From NCBI GenBank assembly GCA_031179165.1, contig JAPSIC010000002.1:3423-67422 (forward strand): 64,000 nt of DNA, read 5' to 3'. This document shows, in pieces, positions 29,053-38,904 of the stretch. Below the pieces are notes generated by a model. It was given only the letters and a program-made list of their open reading frames with translations, was not told the DNA's origin and made no database searches. This stretch comes from Brevibacterium sp. Lineage in GTDB: Bacteria > Actinomycetota > Actinomycetes > Actinomycetales > Brevibacteriaceae. The first letter of the stretch is position 1. Each line of letters starts with the position of its first letter. The position numbers were made by a program, and so were the translations under genes.

Positions 29053-30531
29053 TCAGGGCGCCAGGCTCGGCGCCTGGCCGATCCCGAACTCGTTCTTCAG
29101 CGCGCGGCGGGCGGCGAACCACCCGTTCATCCCGTGCACACCGGGAGCCGGCGGCGTCGCCGAGGAGCACAGGTAGGCTCCGGGAATGCCGAGGCTGTAG
29201 TCGTTCCAGGCCAGCCGCGGCCGGGCCATCATCCGGTAGAAGGAGACCACTCCTGAGGCGATGTCGCCGCCGATGTAGTTCTGATTGTGGGCGGCCATCT
29301 CGGACGCCGGAATCGCCTGGGAGGCGACGATCGTGTCGCGGAATCCCGGGGCGAAACGCTCCAGCTGCCGGGTGATGTACTCGGTGGGGTCGAGCGGGCA
29401 GTCGAAGGGAACGTGGCAGTACGTCCACAGGGGACGCAGACCGTCGACCTCCCGGCTCGGGTCGAAGACCGTCGGATCGGAGACGAGCGTGAGCGGATGG
29501 CGGGGCATCCGTCCGGCCGCGACGTCCGCCTCGGCGGCGGCCATCTGCGCTCGCGTTCCTCCCACATGGATGGTCCCGGCGCGGGTGATGTCCGGATCGG
29601 ACCAGGGGACGGGACCGTTGAGGACGAAGTCGACCTTGGCCGCGGCGTTGCCCTGGGGGAAGGACCTCAGTGCCTTGTCGACGCGGGGCGGGAGGTGCCC
29701 GGTGAAGATCTGCGCGGCACCCAGCGCCGAGGTGTCGAGCAGGTAGCTGCGGGCGGCGGGCAGGTCGGCGATGCGACCGACGCGCGCGTCGGTCGTGACG
29801 GTGCCGCCATGGGCTTCGAGGTCGGCGACCAGGAGATCGATGATCGACTGGGACCCGCCGACGGGGGAGGGCCAGCCGCCGGCGTGGGCGAGTGTCGAGA
29901 GCATCGTCGCGGTGGCGGCGGTGCCCATGCTCGGCAGGGCCCCGATCGCGTGCGCGGCCACACCCGTGAACAGGGCCTGGCTGGTCTCGTGGGAGAGCGG
30001 AACGTTCCAGGCGGGACCGGCCTGCGACAGCAGCCGGAGGCCGAACTGGACGACGTTGGCGATGCCCCGGACATCGCGCAGGGTCTCGGGCACCGATCGT
30101 TTGTCGCCGAGCGACAGCCAGATCGCGTCGTCGACCCGGTCGAGGAGCGGAGCGAAGAAGCGGCGCCATTCGGGCCCGGCCGCGCCGAGGTGGTCGACCG
30201 TGGCCTCGAGGTCGTGGAACGCCAGCGCGGCCGGCCGGCCCTCGAGGGGCTGGGCGTAGGAGACCTCCGGGGTCGTCAGCTCGAGGCCACGGGCGGGCAG
30301 GTCGAAGTCGACGAAGAAGGGGCTGGCGATCGCGAGGGGGTGGACGGCCGAGCAGATGTCGTGGGTGATGCCGGGGGCGAGCCCGAGGTCGAGGGTGCGC
30401 GCCCCGCCGCCGATCGTGGGCTGGGCCTCGAACACCTGGACGGAGAGTCCGGCACGCGCCATGGTGACAGCGGCGGCCATGCCATTGGGTCCGGAACCGA
30501 CGACGACGACATCAACCTCGGGAGAACTCAT
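29053..30531 (-). CDS. Phytoene desaturase-family NAD(P)/FAD oxidoreductase
   Basis: VVGSGPNG, HDICSAVHP, NYIGGDI, SSATPPAPGVHGM. Confidence 0.85.
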   Translation of the reverse strand: MSSPEVDVVVVGSGPNGMAAAVTMARAGLSVQVFEAQPTIGGGARTLDLGLAPGITHDICSAVHPLAIASPFFVDFDLPARGLELTTPEVSYAQPLEGRPAALAFHDLEATVDHLGAAGPEWRRFFAPLLDRVDDAIWLSLGDKRSVPETLRDVRGIANVVQFGLRLLSQAGPAWNVPLSHETSQALFTGVAAHAIGALPSMGTAATATMLSTLAHAGGWPSPVGGSQSIIDLLVADLEAHGGTVTTDARVGRIADLPAARSYLLDTSALGAAQIFTGHLPPRVDKALRSFPQGNAAAKVDFVLNGPVPWSDPDITRAGTIHVGGTRAQMAAAEADVAAGRMPRHPLTLVSDPTVFDPSREVDGLRPLWTYCHVPFDCPLDPTEYITRQLERFAPGFRDTIVASQAIPASEMAAHNQNYIGGDIASGVVSFYRMMARPRLAWNDYSLGIPGAYLCSSATPPAPGVHGMNGWFAARRALKNEFGIGQAPSLAP

Positions 30532-30605
30532 GGGGCCAGTCTAGGCGGTCATGGCACCTGATCAGCCTCTTCAAACCGGTCCGATCCCGGCGTAGACTCA
30601 CAGAC

Positions 30606-30980
30606 ATGCCTATCGCAAAGCAGCCCATCATCGTCCTCGATGCCCCCGACGCCGTTGAGCTGGCACAGTTCTACGCGAAGATGCTCGACTGGGAAGTCAA
30701 GGTCGACGCCGGCGACGAGAGCTGGGTGGAGATCACCTCTGACTCCTGGCCCCCGATCTGCTTCCAGCAGGTCGAGGACTACCACGCGCCCAGCTGGCCG
30801 AGCCAGACTCATCCGCAGCAGATGCACATCGACGTCGTCGTCGACGACCTCGACCAGGCCGAGACGGCGGTGCTCGAACTCGGCGCCGGCAAGGCCGAGT
30901 TCCAGCCGGGCGAGAGCTTCCGGGTCTTCCTCGATCCCGCCGGTCACCCCTTCTGCCTCTGCGCCGACTCCGCCTCCTGA
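30606..30980 (+). CDS. VOC/glyoxalase family protein
   Basis: LAQFY, QQMHIDV, LDPAGHPFCL. Confidence 0.85.
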   Translation: MPIAKQPIIVLDAPDAVELAQFYAKMLDWEVKVDAGDESWVEITSDSWPPICFQQVEDYHAPSWPSQTHPQQMHIDVVVDDLDQAETAVLELGAGKAEFQPGESFRVFLDPAGHPFCLCADSAS

Positions 30981-31133
30981 CACAGACTCGGGCTGCTGAG
31001 GCCGACTCGCCCACCTGACACAGGGGTTCGCCTCCTGACCCAGCGTCGATAAGTGAGCGGGCCGGCGCGGCCCGGCCGCTCTCGCCGCTCCTGCAGCCGC
31101 TCCACCGCCGAGTCGAGCGGCTACAGTGAGGGC

Positions 31134-31706
31134 ATGCGCGCCCTCAAGACCTTCGACGAGATCCCGCCTGTGCCCTGGGCCAACGGTGCCGGGGAGACGA
31201 CGGAACTGATCTCTCTCACCGAGTCTGAGCAGCTCACTCCGGGACTGCGACCATGGCGGTTGAGCGTGGCCAGGTTGGAGAGAACCGGGCCGTTCTCCTC
31301 CCTGCCGGGAATGGCGCGCACCTTCCTGCCCGTCGGCGCCGAAGTGGCCTTGGAGATCGACGGCCGCGTCCACCGCGTGACCCGGGCCGAACCCGCGCGC
31401 TTCGGCGGGGACCAGGACGTCAGCCTCGTCGACCTGCCCGTACCGTGCTTCGCTCTCAACCTGATGGTCGCCGAGGACGCCGGCAGCAGGTCGGGGACAC
31501 TCGCCTCGGCGCCAGCGCCGGCGCCCGCGTCAGCGCCTGCGCCAGCGATGGTGATGGTGATGGACCCGCCTGCCGAATTCCATGATCGCGAGCGGTTCGC
31601 CGTGACCCTGGAGGAGACCATCGAACACCCCCGATTCCAACTCCTGCACCTCGACGCGGGAGAGGCCCTTCCCGCCGGCCTCGGCGTGGCCTACCTGAGC
31701 GACTGA
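31134..31706 (+). CDS. HutD/Ves family protein
   Basis: PWANGAGETTEL, WRLSVA, GPFSSLPGMAR. Confidence 0.8.
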   Translation: MRALKTFDEIPPVPWANGAGETTELISLTESEQLTPGLRPWRLSVARLERTGPFSSLPGMARTFLPVGAEVALEIDGRVHRVTRAEPARFGGDQDVSLVDLPVPCFALNLMVAEDAGSRSGTLASAPAPAPASAPAPAMVMVMDPPAEFHDRERFAVTLEETIEHPRFQLLHLDAGEALPAGLGVAYLSD

Positions 31707-32037
31707 CGCGACACTCACGGGCGGCCTGAAGTGGCGCTCGAGTGGCACTCGCAGGACGGGAAGGGGCGCCCGAGACGTCCTCCGCCTTGGCCTGACGAGC
31801 CGCGGCGGCGGGGACCGTCGTTGACTCACGCACACCCTTTCCTCTCAGCTTCTCGGCAGCCTGGGGGAACCGTGAGATCTGGTTGTGACCGGGGTGACAT
31901 TTTCCTTCGTTTCTCCTGGTGAGGTGTGTATCGCTCGCTTTCCCTATCAGTGCTTTCACAGACTGGTGGCAGTCCCATCAGGCAACCCGAAAACGGGCGG
32001 ACGATACTGAAGTCAGTCAGAAGTTTTTGGAGGAACC

Positions 32038-33591
32038 TTGGCTTTGAAACATGACATCTCATCTCAGTCATTTCCGTCCAAAGGCGGACACGCGGCCCCC
32101 GGCGGCAGTGCCCCTTCATCCGACGATGCACCCGGAGCGCCGACTCGCGATTCGGGCCCCGTCGAAGGCGCGCTTCAGCCCTCCCAGGCGCTGCCGCTGA
32201 TCACGGAGGAGCTGGCGGCGGCCTACACGAGCGCCCCCGTCACACGCCCGAACCCACCCCGCTCGAACAGAGACCTGACCGCAGGCCACGACACCGTCGT
32301 GGCCCCGGACGGGCTCGTGCCACCAGTCGTCAGAGCGACCCCGACCGCTCCCGTGGCAGCGGCCGCCACTGATGCATCACAGCATGCAACGGAGGACCCG
32401 GCGGTCTACGGTTCGGGTCGTACCGACGGCGACCAGGATGCAGGCAACGAGGGCGCAGACGCCCAGGGCACGGACGACGGTGACGAGGAGAAGAAGAGGA
32501 AGGGCGAGGGCGGCCTCTCGATCACTCAGCTCCTCGCCGGCGCCGGCGCCGCTGCCACCTCCTCGGTCATCGGCGGTCAGCTGGGCGTGGCCGGAACTGT
32601 CATGGGCGCTGCCGCGGCCAGCATCATCACCGCTGTGGCGGTGACGATCTACAGCAAGAGCCTCGACAAGGGGAAAGAGAAGGTCAAGGTCGTCGGCAGC
32701 AAGCTGGCGCCGGCGGTCAAGGTCGCCCCCGCCAGCATCAAGGACGGCAAACCGCTCGTCTCCCTCGTGAAAGGCTCAACGTTCCGACGACCCGGTACGG
32801 GAACGGATGGCGGCTCTGACGTGACGGCGAGGACCGCCTCGGCGGGCGGTGCCGAGAGCATCACCCCGGCGGGCGGCGCCGAGAGCATCACCTCGGTGGA
32901 GGATTCGACCACAGCCGAAGACGAGCAGGAGCCGCGGACATGGCTGCAGAAGCTGCGCCGCAAGCGCGTGCTCTACCCGGTCGCCATCGGCGTGGCGACC
33001 TTCGGAGTGGGTCTGGGCATCGTGATCGCGGCGGAGTCCTTCACCGACGCCGACATCTCCCCGGGCACCTCGCAGATCTCCCGGTCGGTCACCGGCACCT
33101 CGGCCGCGGACTCAGGCGAGGTGGAGGATTCGGGCGGCGCCGGCAGTTCGGGCTCAGGGTCGACCTCAGGGGAGGACGGTTCCCGAGTCGGCGAGGACCC
33201 GGTTCGGCAGCAGGGCTCCAGTGGCGACCGCGGGTCCACCTCGGCGGGGGAATCCGGTTCCGGGACCGGGCCCGAGGAGCAGACGAGCCAGGGCACCGAC
33301 ACCGGTGCCACGACCAGCGACAGCACCACCACCGACGGCACGAGCAGCGACGGGACGAGCACGGGCACCGACTCGTCGAGCTCGAGCAGCAGCGGATCCA
33401 CCGATTCCGGAGCCCAGACGGGCACGTCCGACGGATCGAGCTCATCCGGTTCCTCGTCGCCGTCCGGCGGAAGCGGATCGGGGTCCGATTCGGGATCGGC
33501 GAGCAGCGGGTCAGGATCCGGAGGTTCCGAGTCCGGCAGCCAGGGAAGCGCCGTGGTCGGCCAGGGGACCACGGTGACGGATGAGGGCTGA
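32038..33591 (+). CDS. Hypothetical membrane protein with a long Ser/Gly/Thr-rich C-terminus
   Basis: Gly/Ala-rich hydrophobic block (AGAGAAATSSVIGGQLGVAGT), second TM, low-complexity tail; GAGGA before TTG. Confidence 0.7.
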   Translation: MALKHDISSQSFPSKGGHAAPGGSAPSSDDAPGAPTRDSGPVEGALQPSQALPLITEELAAAYTSAPVTRPNPPRSNRDLTAGHDTVVAPDGLVPPVVRATPTAPVAAAATDASQHATEDPAVYGSGRTDGDQDAGNEGADAQGTDDGDEEKKRKGEGGLSITQLLAGAGAAATSSVIGGQLGVAGTVMGAAAASIITAVAVTIYSKSLDKGKEKVKVVGSKLAPAVKVAPASIKDGKPLVSLVKGSTFRRPGTGTDGGSDVTARTASAGGAESITPAGGAESITSVEDSTTAEDEQEPRTWLQKLRRKRVLYPVAIGVATFGVGLGIVIAAESFTDADISPGTSQISRSVTGTSAADSGEVEDSGGAGSSGSGSTSGEDGSRVGEDPVRQQGSSGDRGSTSAGESGSGTGPEEQTSQGTDTGATTSDSTTTDGTSSDGTSTGTDSSSSSSSGSTDSGAQTGTSDGSSSSGSSSPSGGSGSGSDSGSASSGSGSGGSESGSQGSAVVGQGTTVTDEG

Positions 33592-33829
33592 GCTGGGCTG
33601 ATGCCCTGCCTGAGCCTTGGAACGTCGCGGCGTGCCGGCTGAGGTGAGACTGCCTTGATGCCGACCGAATGGACGGCTAGCGTAGTGAACGGCTTCGAAA
33701 TCAGCCACCCGAACAACTACTGGAAACCCCGATCCACAATCGTCGAGTGAGGGAGATCCCTCGTTCGGCGGTGGTGGAGCTCAGAGGATGGCCACTGAGC
33801 TCCGCACTCGACCGGTTGAAGGAGAACCA

Positions 33830-35347
33830 ATGACGAAGCACACAGATCATCAGCACCAAGGATTCGACGCGCAGAAGCCGTCGACCACGGAATCCGGCGC
33901 TCCCCGGGAATCGGACGCCCATTCGCTGAGCGTGGGCCCGGACGGACCCCTCCTCCTCCACGACGTCGCCCTCGTCGAGAAGCTCGCGCGCTTCGACCGG
34001 GAACGCATCCCCGAGCGCAGCCCGCACGCCAAGGGTTCGGGCGCCTTCGGCGAATTCGAGGTTCTCGAGGACGTCTCGAGCTACACGAACGCGAAGTTCC
34101 TGCAGCCCGGCGTCAAGACCCCGATGCTCGCCCGCTTCTCCACCGTCGCCGGTGAGCTCGGCTCCCCCGACTCCTGGCGCGACGTGCGCGGATTCGCCCT
34201 GAAGTTCTACACCGAAGACGGCAACTACGACATGGTGGGCAACAACACCCCCATCTTCTTCGTCCGCGACCCGATGAAGTTCGCCGACTTCATCCACTCG
34301 CAGAAGCGCATGCCGGACTCCGGTCTGCGCAGCAACAACATGCAGTGGGACTTCTGGACGCTCTCACCCGAATCGGCCCACCAGGTCTCCTATCTCATGG
34401 GACCACGGGGACTGCCTCGCACCTGGCGCCACATGAACGGCTACTCCTCCCACACCTACATGTGGGTCAACGGGGCCGGCGAACGGTTCTGGGTGCAGTA
34501 TCACTTCCACAGCGATCAGGGCGTGGAGTGCATGTCGAACGAGGAAGCCGCGAAGATGGCCGGGTCCGACGCCGACATCCACCGCCGCGACCTGTACGAG
34601 TCGATCGAGGGCGGCGACTTCCCGTCGTGGACCTTCAGCGTCCAGATCATGCCCTACGAGGACGCGAAGAGGTACCGGTTCAACCCGTTCGACCTGACCA
34701 AGGTCTGGTCGCACAAGGACTACCCGCTGCACAAGGTGGGACGGTTCACCCTCAACCGCAACCCGTCCAACCACTACGCGCAGATCGAGCAGGCGGCCTT
34801 CAGCCCATCGAACACGGTGCCGGGAATCGGAGTGTCTCCCGACAAGATGCTCCTGGCCCGCACGTTCTCCTACCCGGACGCTCAGCGCCACCGGATCGGG
34901 ACGAACTTCAACCAGCTGCCGGTCAACGCCCCCATCGTCACGACCAACTCCTACGACAAGGAAGGGTTCATGGAGTACCACCACAGCGGTGATGCTCCGG
35001 TCTATGCGCCCAACTCGTTCGGACGTGCCTTCCAGGACTCGCAGGGACCGGTCGCCAACGGCTGGGAGGCCGACGGCGAGCTCGTGCGTTCGGCCTACAC
35101 GCTGCACGAGGAGGACGACGACTTCGGTCAGGCCCACACCCTCGTCCGCGAGGTCTTCTCCGAGGAGGAGCGGCAGGGACTCATCGAGACCGTCGCCGGC
35201 AGCGTCAAGGGTGAGGTCACCGAGCCGGTCCTGTCGCGGGTCTTCGAGTACTGGAAGAAGATCGACCAGGAGGTCGGCCAGGCGATCGAGGACAAGGTCA
35301 AGGCCGAAGGCGATGACCGCGACTTCAAGAACGAGCTCAACGCCTGA
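33830..35347 (+). CDS. katA: Monofunctional heme catalase
   Basis: [39 protein letters not shown]. Confidence 0.93.
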   Translation: MTKHTDHQHQGFDAQKPSTTESGAPRESDAHSLSVGPDGPLLLHDVALVEKLARFDRERIPERSPHAKGSGAFGEFEVLEDVSSYTNAKFLQPGVKTPMLARFSTVAGELGSPDSWRDVRGFALKFYTEDGNYDMVGNNTPIFFVRDPMKFADFIHSQKRMPDSGLRSNNMQWDFWTLSPESAHQVSYLMGPRGLPRTWRHMNGYSSHTYMWVNGAGERFWVQYHFHSDQGVECMSNEEAAKMAGSDADIHRRDLYESIEGGDFPSWTFSVQIMPYEDAKRYRFNPFDLTKVWSHKDYPLHKVGRFTLNRNPSNHYAQIEQAAFSPSNTVPGIGVSPDKMLLARTFSYPDAQRHRIGTNFNQLPVNAPIVTTNSYDKEGFMEYHHSGDAPVYAPNSFGRAFQDSQGPVANGWEADGELVRSAYTLHEEDDDFGQAHTLVREVFSEEERQGLIETVAGSVKGEVTEPVLSRVFEYWKKIDQEVGQAIEDKVKAEGDDRDFKNELNA

Positions 35348-35599
35348 CTTGGCTCAGCAAGCTGATTCCGCTCAGCGGACCCGCGGGCTGATTCCTCTTT
35401 GCGCACCCGCGGGCTGAGGTCGCTGAGCGGACCAGCAGGCTGATTCCGGCAGGCCGGTTCTTCCCTCAGGCGCCTGCGCCGGCAGGATCTGCTGCGCCGG
35501 ATCAGGCCGAAGGAACGCAATCGACCCGGCACCACATCGTCTGTGGCGCCGGGTCGATGTGTGGTGTGCGGGCAGACTCAGCGAGTGATTCGGCGCGGC

Positions 35600-36274
35600 T
35601 CAGTCGTGACCCTCCGAGTCCTCGCCGGTGGCCCAGCTCGAGCGGGCGTGGCCGATGTGGTGGGCAAGCAGCTCTTCGGCACGGGCGCCGTCGCCTGCCC
35701 GGAGCACGCGGATGAGTTCGTGGTGCTCCCTCGCCGAGGCGGACAGTTTCCCCTCCCTGGCCAGTGCGGCGATGCCGTAGAGCCGGGTGCGGGAGCGCAG
35801 GGAGGTGGCGAGGTCCGTCAGCTGCCGATTGTCGGCGAATGACAGGATCAGGGCGTGGAAGTCACGGTCGTGCCTGAGGTACTCGGTGAGGTCCTGTTCG
35901 TCCGCGCCCGTGAGACAGGCGTCGGCGAGGGTCTCCAGCTCGGCGAACGCGTCCTCGGTGATCCGCCCGACGACGAGGCGCATGACCGGGGGCTCGAGCA
36001 GCAGCCGGATCGCGGTGAGATCGTCGAGATCCTTCTCGGTCATCTTCGTGACGCGGAAGCCTTTGTTCTTCACCGTCTCGACGAGGCCCTCACGCGAGAG
36101 GTCCATCATCGCCTCCCGCACCGGCGTGGCCGAGACCCCCAGCTGCTCACCGAGGGTGGGCGCGGAGACGAGCTCTCCCTCGGCCAGCTCCCCGGTGATG
36201 ATCGCCGAGCGGAGCGTGTCGAGCACCGTCTCGCGCAGGTTCCGGGGACGGTCCAAGGGAACGAGAGTAGCCAC
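35600..36274 (-). CDS. GntR (FCD) family regulator
   Basis: LGVSATPVREA, NKGFRV, FH..I, EHHEL. Confidence 0.9.
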   Translation of the reverse strand: MATLVPLDRPRNLRETVLDTLRSAIITGELAEGELVSAPTLGEQLGVSATPVREAMMDLSREGLVETVKNKGFRVTKMTEKDLDDLTAIRLLLEPPVMRLVVGRITEDAFAELETLADACLTGADEQDLTEYLRHDRDFHALILSFADNRQLTDLATSLRSRTRLYGIAALAREGKLSASAREHHELIRVLRAGDGARAEELLAHHIGHARSSWATGEDSEGHD

Positions 36275-36310
36275 GTCGATTTCCTTTCGTCGAATGCCCG
36301 GTCAGGATAC

Positions 36311-37318
36311 TCAGACGAGGAATCCGGCGGGGAACGGGTCGGTCGGATCAAGGAAGTACTGCGCCGTCCCGGTCACCCAGGCACGACCGGTCACGGTCGG
36401 GATCACGGCGGGGCGGCCGCCCACCGTCGTCTCGTCGATCAGGCGCCCGACGAACGTCGAGCCGATGTAGGACTCGTTGATGAAGTCGGTGTCGAGGGCG
36501 AGCTCTCCGCGAGTGTGCAGCGCGGCCATCCTCGCGCTCGTCCCCGTCCCGCAGGGGGAGCGGTCGAACCAGCCGGGATGGATGACCATCGCGTGACGCG
36601 ACCTCTGCGCGGTCGAGCCCGGCGCCATCAGGTAGACGTGGCGAAGGCCGCGGATGTCGTCGCGCTCGGGGTGGATGGGTTCGTCCGTTCCGTTGATCGC
36701 GCTCATGACGGCCAGTCCCGCGTCGAGGAGTTCGGCACGGTTGACCCGGTCCTCGCGGAACTCGATGCCGAGCGCGTCGACGTCGACGATGGCGTAGAAG
36801 TTCCCACCGAACGCCAGATCGCAGCTCACGGTCCCGTACCCGGGGACGTCCACCTCGGCGTCGAGGCGATCGGTGAAGGCGGGGACGTTCGTGATCGTCA
36901 CCGATTCGGCATGCCCGTCCCGGACCGTCACCGAGGCGATGACGAGACCGGCCGGAGTATCGAGTCGCACCGTCGTGACGGGCTCGGTGACCTCGACCAT
37001 GCCGGTCTCTACCAGCACGGTCGCGACGCCGATCGTGCCGTGCCCGCACATCGGCAGGCACCCCGAGACCTCGATGTAGAGCACGCCCCAGTCCGCGTCG
37101 TCCCTGGTCGGAGGCTGGAGGATGGCCCCGCTCATCGCGGAGTGCCCGCGCGGTTCGGTCATCAGCAGGGTCCGGACGTGATCGGAGTTGGCGAGGAACC
37201 AGGCCCGGCGCTCGGCCATCGTCGCACCCGGGATCACCCCCACACCGCCGGTGATCACCCGTGTGGGCATCCCCTCGGTGTGGGAGTCGACGGCGTGGAA
37301 GACGCGAGATGTGCGCAT
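36311..37318 (-). CDS. Proline racemase / 4-hydroxyproline 2-epimerase family
   Basis: DSHTEGMPTR, EPRGH, MCGHGTI and DRSPCGTGT (both catalytic Cys present). Confidence 0.9.
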   Translation of the reverse strand: MRTSRVFHAVDSHTEGMPTRVITGGVGVIPGATMAERRAWFLANSDHVRTLLMTEPRGHSAMSGAILQPPTRDDADWGVLYIEVSGCLPMCGHGTIGVATVLVETGMVEVTEPVTTVRLDTPAGLVIASVTVRDGHAESVTITNVPAFTDRLDAEVDVPGYGTVSCDLAFGGNFYAIVDVDALGIEFREDRVNRAELLDAGLAVMSAINGTDEPIHPERDDIRGLRHVYLMAPGSTAQRSRHAMVIHPGWFDRSPCGTGTSARMAALHTRGELALDTDFINESYIGSTFVGRLIDETTVGGRPAVIPTVTGRAWVTGTAQYFLDPTDPFPAGFLV

Positions 37319-37361
37319 GGTGCTCCTCGAGGTCGGGTGCGATCTGCCTGTCGCAGTCGGA

Positions 37362-38267
37362 TTACCTGTCGTAGCCCTTGGCCATCGCGGCCTTGGTGTC
37401 GGCGACGATGCGATCGGCGATGGGCTGGGACAGCGGCAGCCGTGGTGGGCGGCAGATGCCGCCCCGACGTCCGACGACGTCCATCGACAGTTTGATCGCC
37501 TGGACGAACTCGGTCTTCGAGTCCCAGCGCAGCAGCGAATGCAGGTCGCGGTAGATCTCCTGCCCGCGGACCAGGTCCTCCATGGTGCCCGAGGTGCACA
37601 GACGGAAGAGTTCGACGCATGACTGCGGGATGGCGTTGGGGTAGCCCGACACCCAGCCGACGGCGCCGGCGATGCCGATTTCGAGCACCGTGTCGTCGGT
37701 GCCGATGAGGATGTCGAGGTCCGGTGCCAGCTCGTTGATCTCATAGATCCGGCGGGGATCGCCGGTGAATTCCTTGACGCCGACCATATTGCCGGCGGCG
37801 TGGATGTCCGCGATCAGCTCCGGCACGAGGTCGACCTTCGTGTCGATCGGGTTGTTGTAGCCGACGACGGGCAGGCCGACCTTGGCCACCGTCGCGTAAT
37901 GGTGCTTGACGGTCTCGTGATCGGCCCGGTAGGTGTTCGGCGGCAGCTGCATCACCGAGGTGGCTCCGGCTTCCGCGGCCTGCTCTGCCCAGCGCGCGGA
38001 CTGCAGAGCCCCATAGGCGCCGGTGCCGGCCATGACGGCGAAGCCCTCGGGGCTGGCCTCGACGGCGGTCCGGATGACCTGGGCGCGTTCGACATCGCTG
38101 AGGGTCTGGTACTCGCCGAGCGAGCCGTTCGGGGCGACCCCGTCGCAGCCGTTCTCCGCCAGCCAGGCGACATGTTCGGCATAGGCGTCGTAGTCGACGG
38201 AGTAGTCGTCCTTGAAGGGCAGGGCGGTGGCGACGATGACACCGTGCCAGGGTTTCTTGTCGGTCAT
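37362..38267 (-). CDS. DapA-family protein (probable delta1-pyrroline-4-hydroxy-2-carboxylate deaminase)
   Basis: NGSLGEY, YNNP, VKEF; adjacent to the proline racemase-family gene. Confidence 0.8.
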   Translation of the reverse strand: MTDKKPWHGVIVATALPFKDDYSVDYDAYAEHVAWLAENGCDGVAPNGSLGEYQTLSDVERAQVIRTAVEASPEGFAVMAGTGAYGALQSARWAEQAAEAGATSVMQLPPNTYRADHETVKHHYATVAKVGLPVVGYNNPIDTKVDLVPELIADIHAAGNMVGVKEFTGDPRRIYEINELAPDLDILIGTDDTVLEIGIAGAVGWVSGYPNAIPQSCVELFRLCTSGTMEDLVRGQEIYRDLHSLLRWDSKTEFVQAIKLSMDVVGRRGGICRPPRLPLSQPIADRIVADTKAAMAKGYDR

Positions 38268-38580
38268 CGGGTTCCATTCTCGGGGCCGGGCAGGGACTGG
38301 GCGCGGGGACTGGGCTCCTGTGCCGATCCCGATTGGTCGGGATCCCCCTGGTCGCTGAGAGGCGGCGCCTGCTCGATCGGTCGGTTCGCTCGATCGGGTT
38401 ATTCGTTTGGTCGGTCGATGTTCGCTCGTCGGTCGGTGGTTGCTCGTTGGTCTGCGAGGACGACTCCGTCCTCGCTCCTCGGCAGCCTGAACAGGCGCTC
38501 GCAGTGCATAAGATGTGACATTGCACAGGCTAGCATGATGCGCTCATCCAGGCCAGAGTCTATTTCGGCAAAGACCCTTC

Positions 38581-38685
38581 GGCGCGAGCCTCCGGGTGGC
38601 GCGAGACTCCGATCGGCGCGAGCCTCCGGTCGGCAGGCGCGTGCCTTCGGGTGGCGCGAGTCTCCGGGCGGGAGGCGCGTGGCCG
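38581..38685 (+). repeat. About 17-bp tandem repeat (ggcgcgagcctccgg), 5-6 copies
   Basis: Directly visible. Confidence 0.85.
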
Positions 38686-38705
38686 CGGGCTCACTTGGCC
38701 GCGTC

Positions 38706-38862
38706 GGCCCCAGTCGTAGGTGGGGCCAGCGCAGCTGATCGGCCCCACGGGCGATCAGCACTGGGGCCGGCGCGGCGAACTGGGGCCGGCGCGACCGACC
38801 GGGACCACGGCGGTTCTCGGCGCACTGGGGCCACGGCGAACCTCGGCCCACTGGGCCACGGC
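38706..38862. repeat. Degenerate cluster of GGCCCCA/TGGGGCC palindromic repeats
   Basis: ggccccagtcgtaggtggggcc; gctgatcggccccacgggcgatcagc; repeated actggggcc. Confidence 0.65.
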
Positions 38863-38904
38863 GATCCTTGGCGCGGTTGCGGCGGTTCGAGGGGGATCGG
38901 CGGA

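Noticed and set aside
29053-30531. Carotenoid biosynthesis gene (crtI)
   Set aside because: Stand-alone member of the broad FAD oxidoreductase family with no crtB/crtE neighbours
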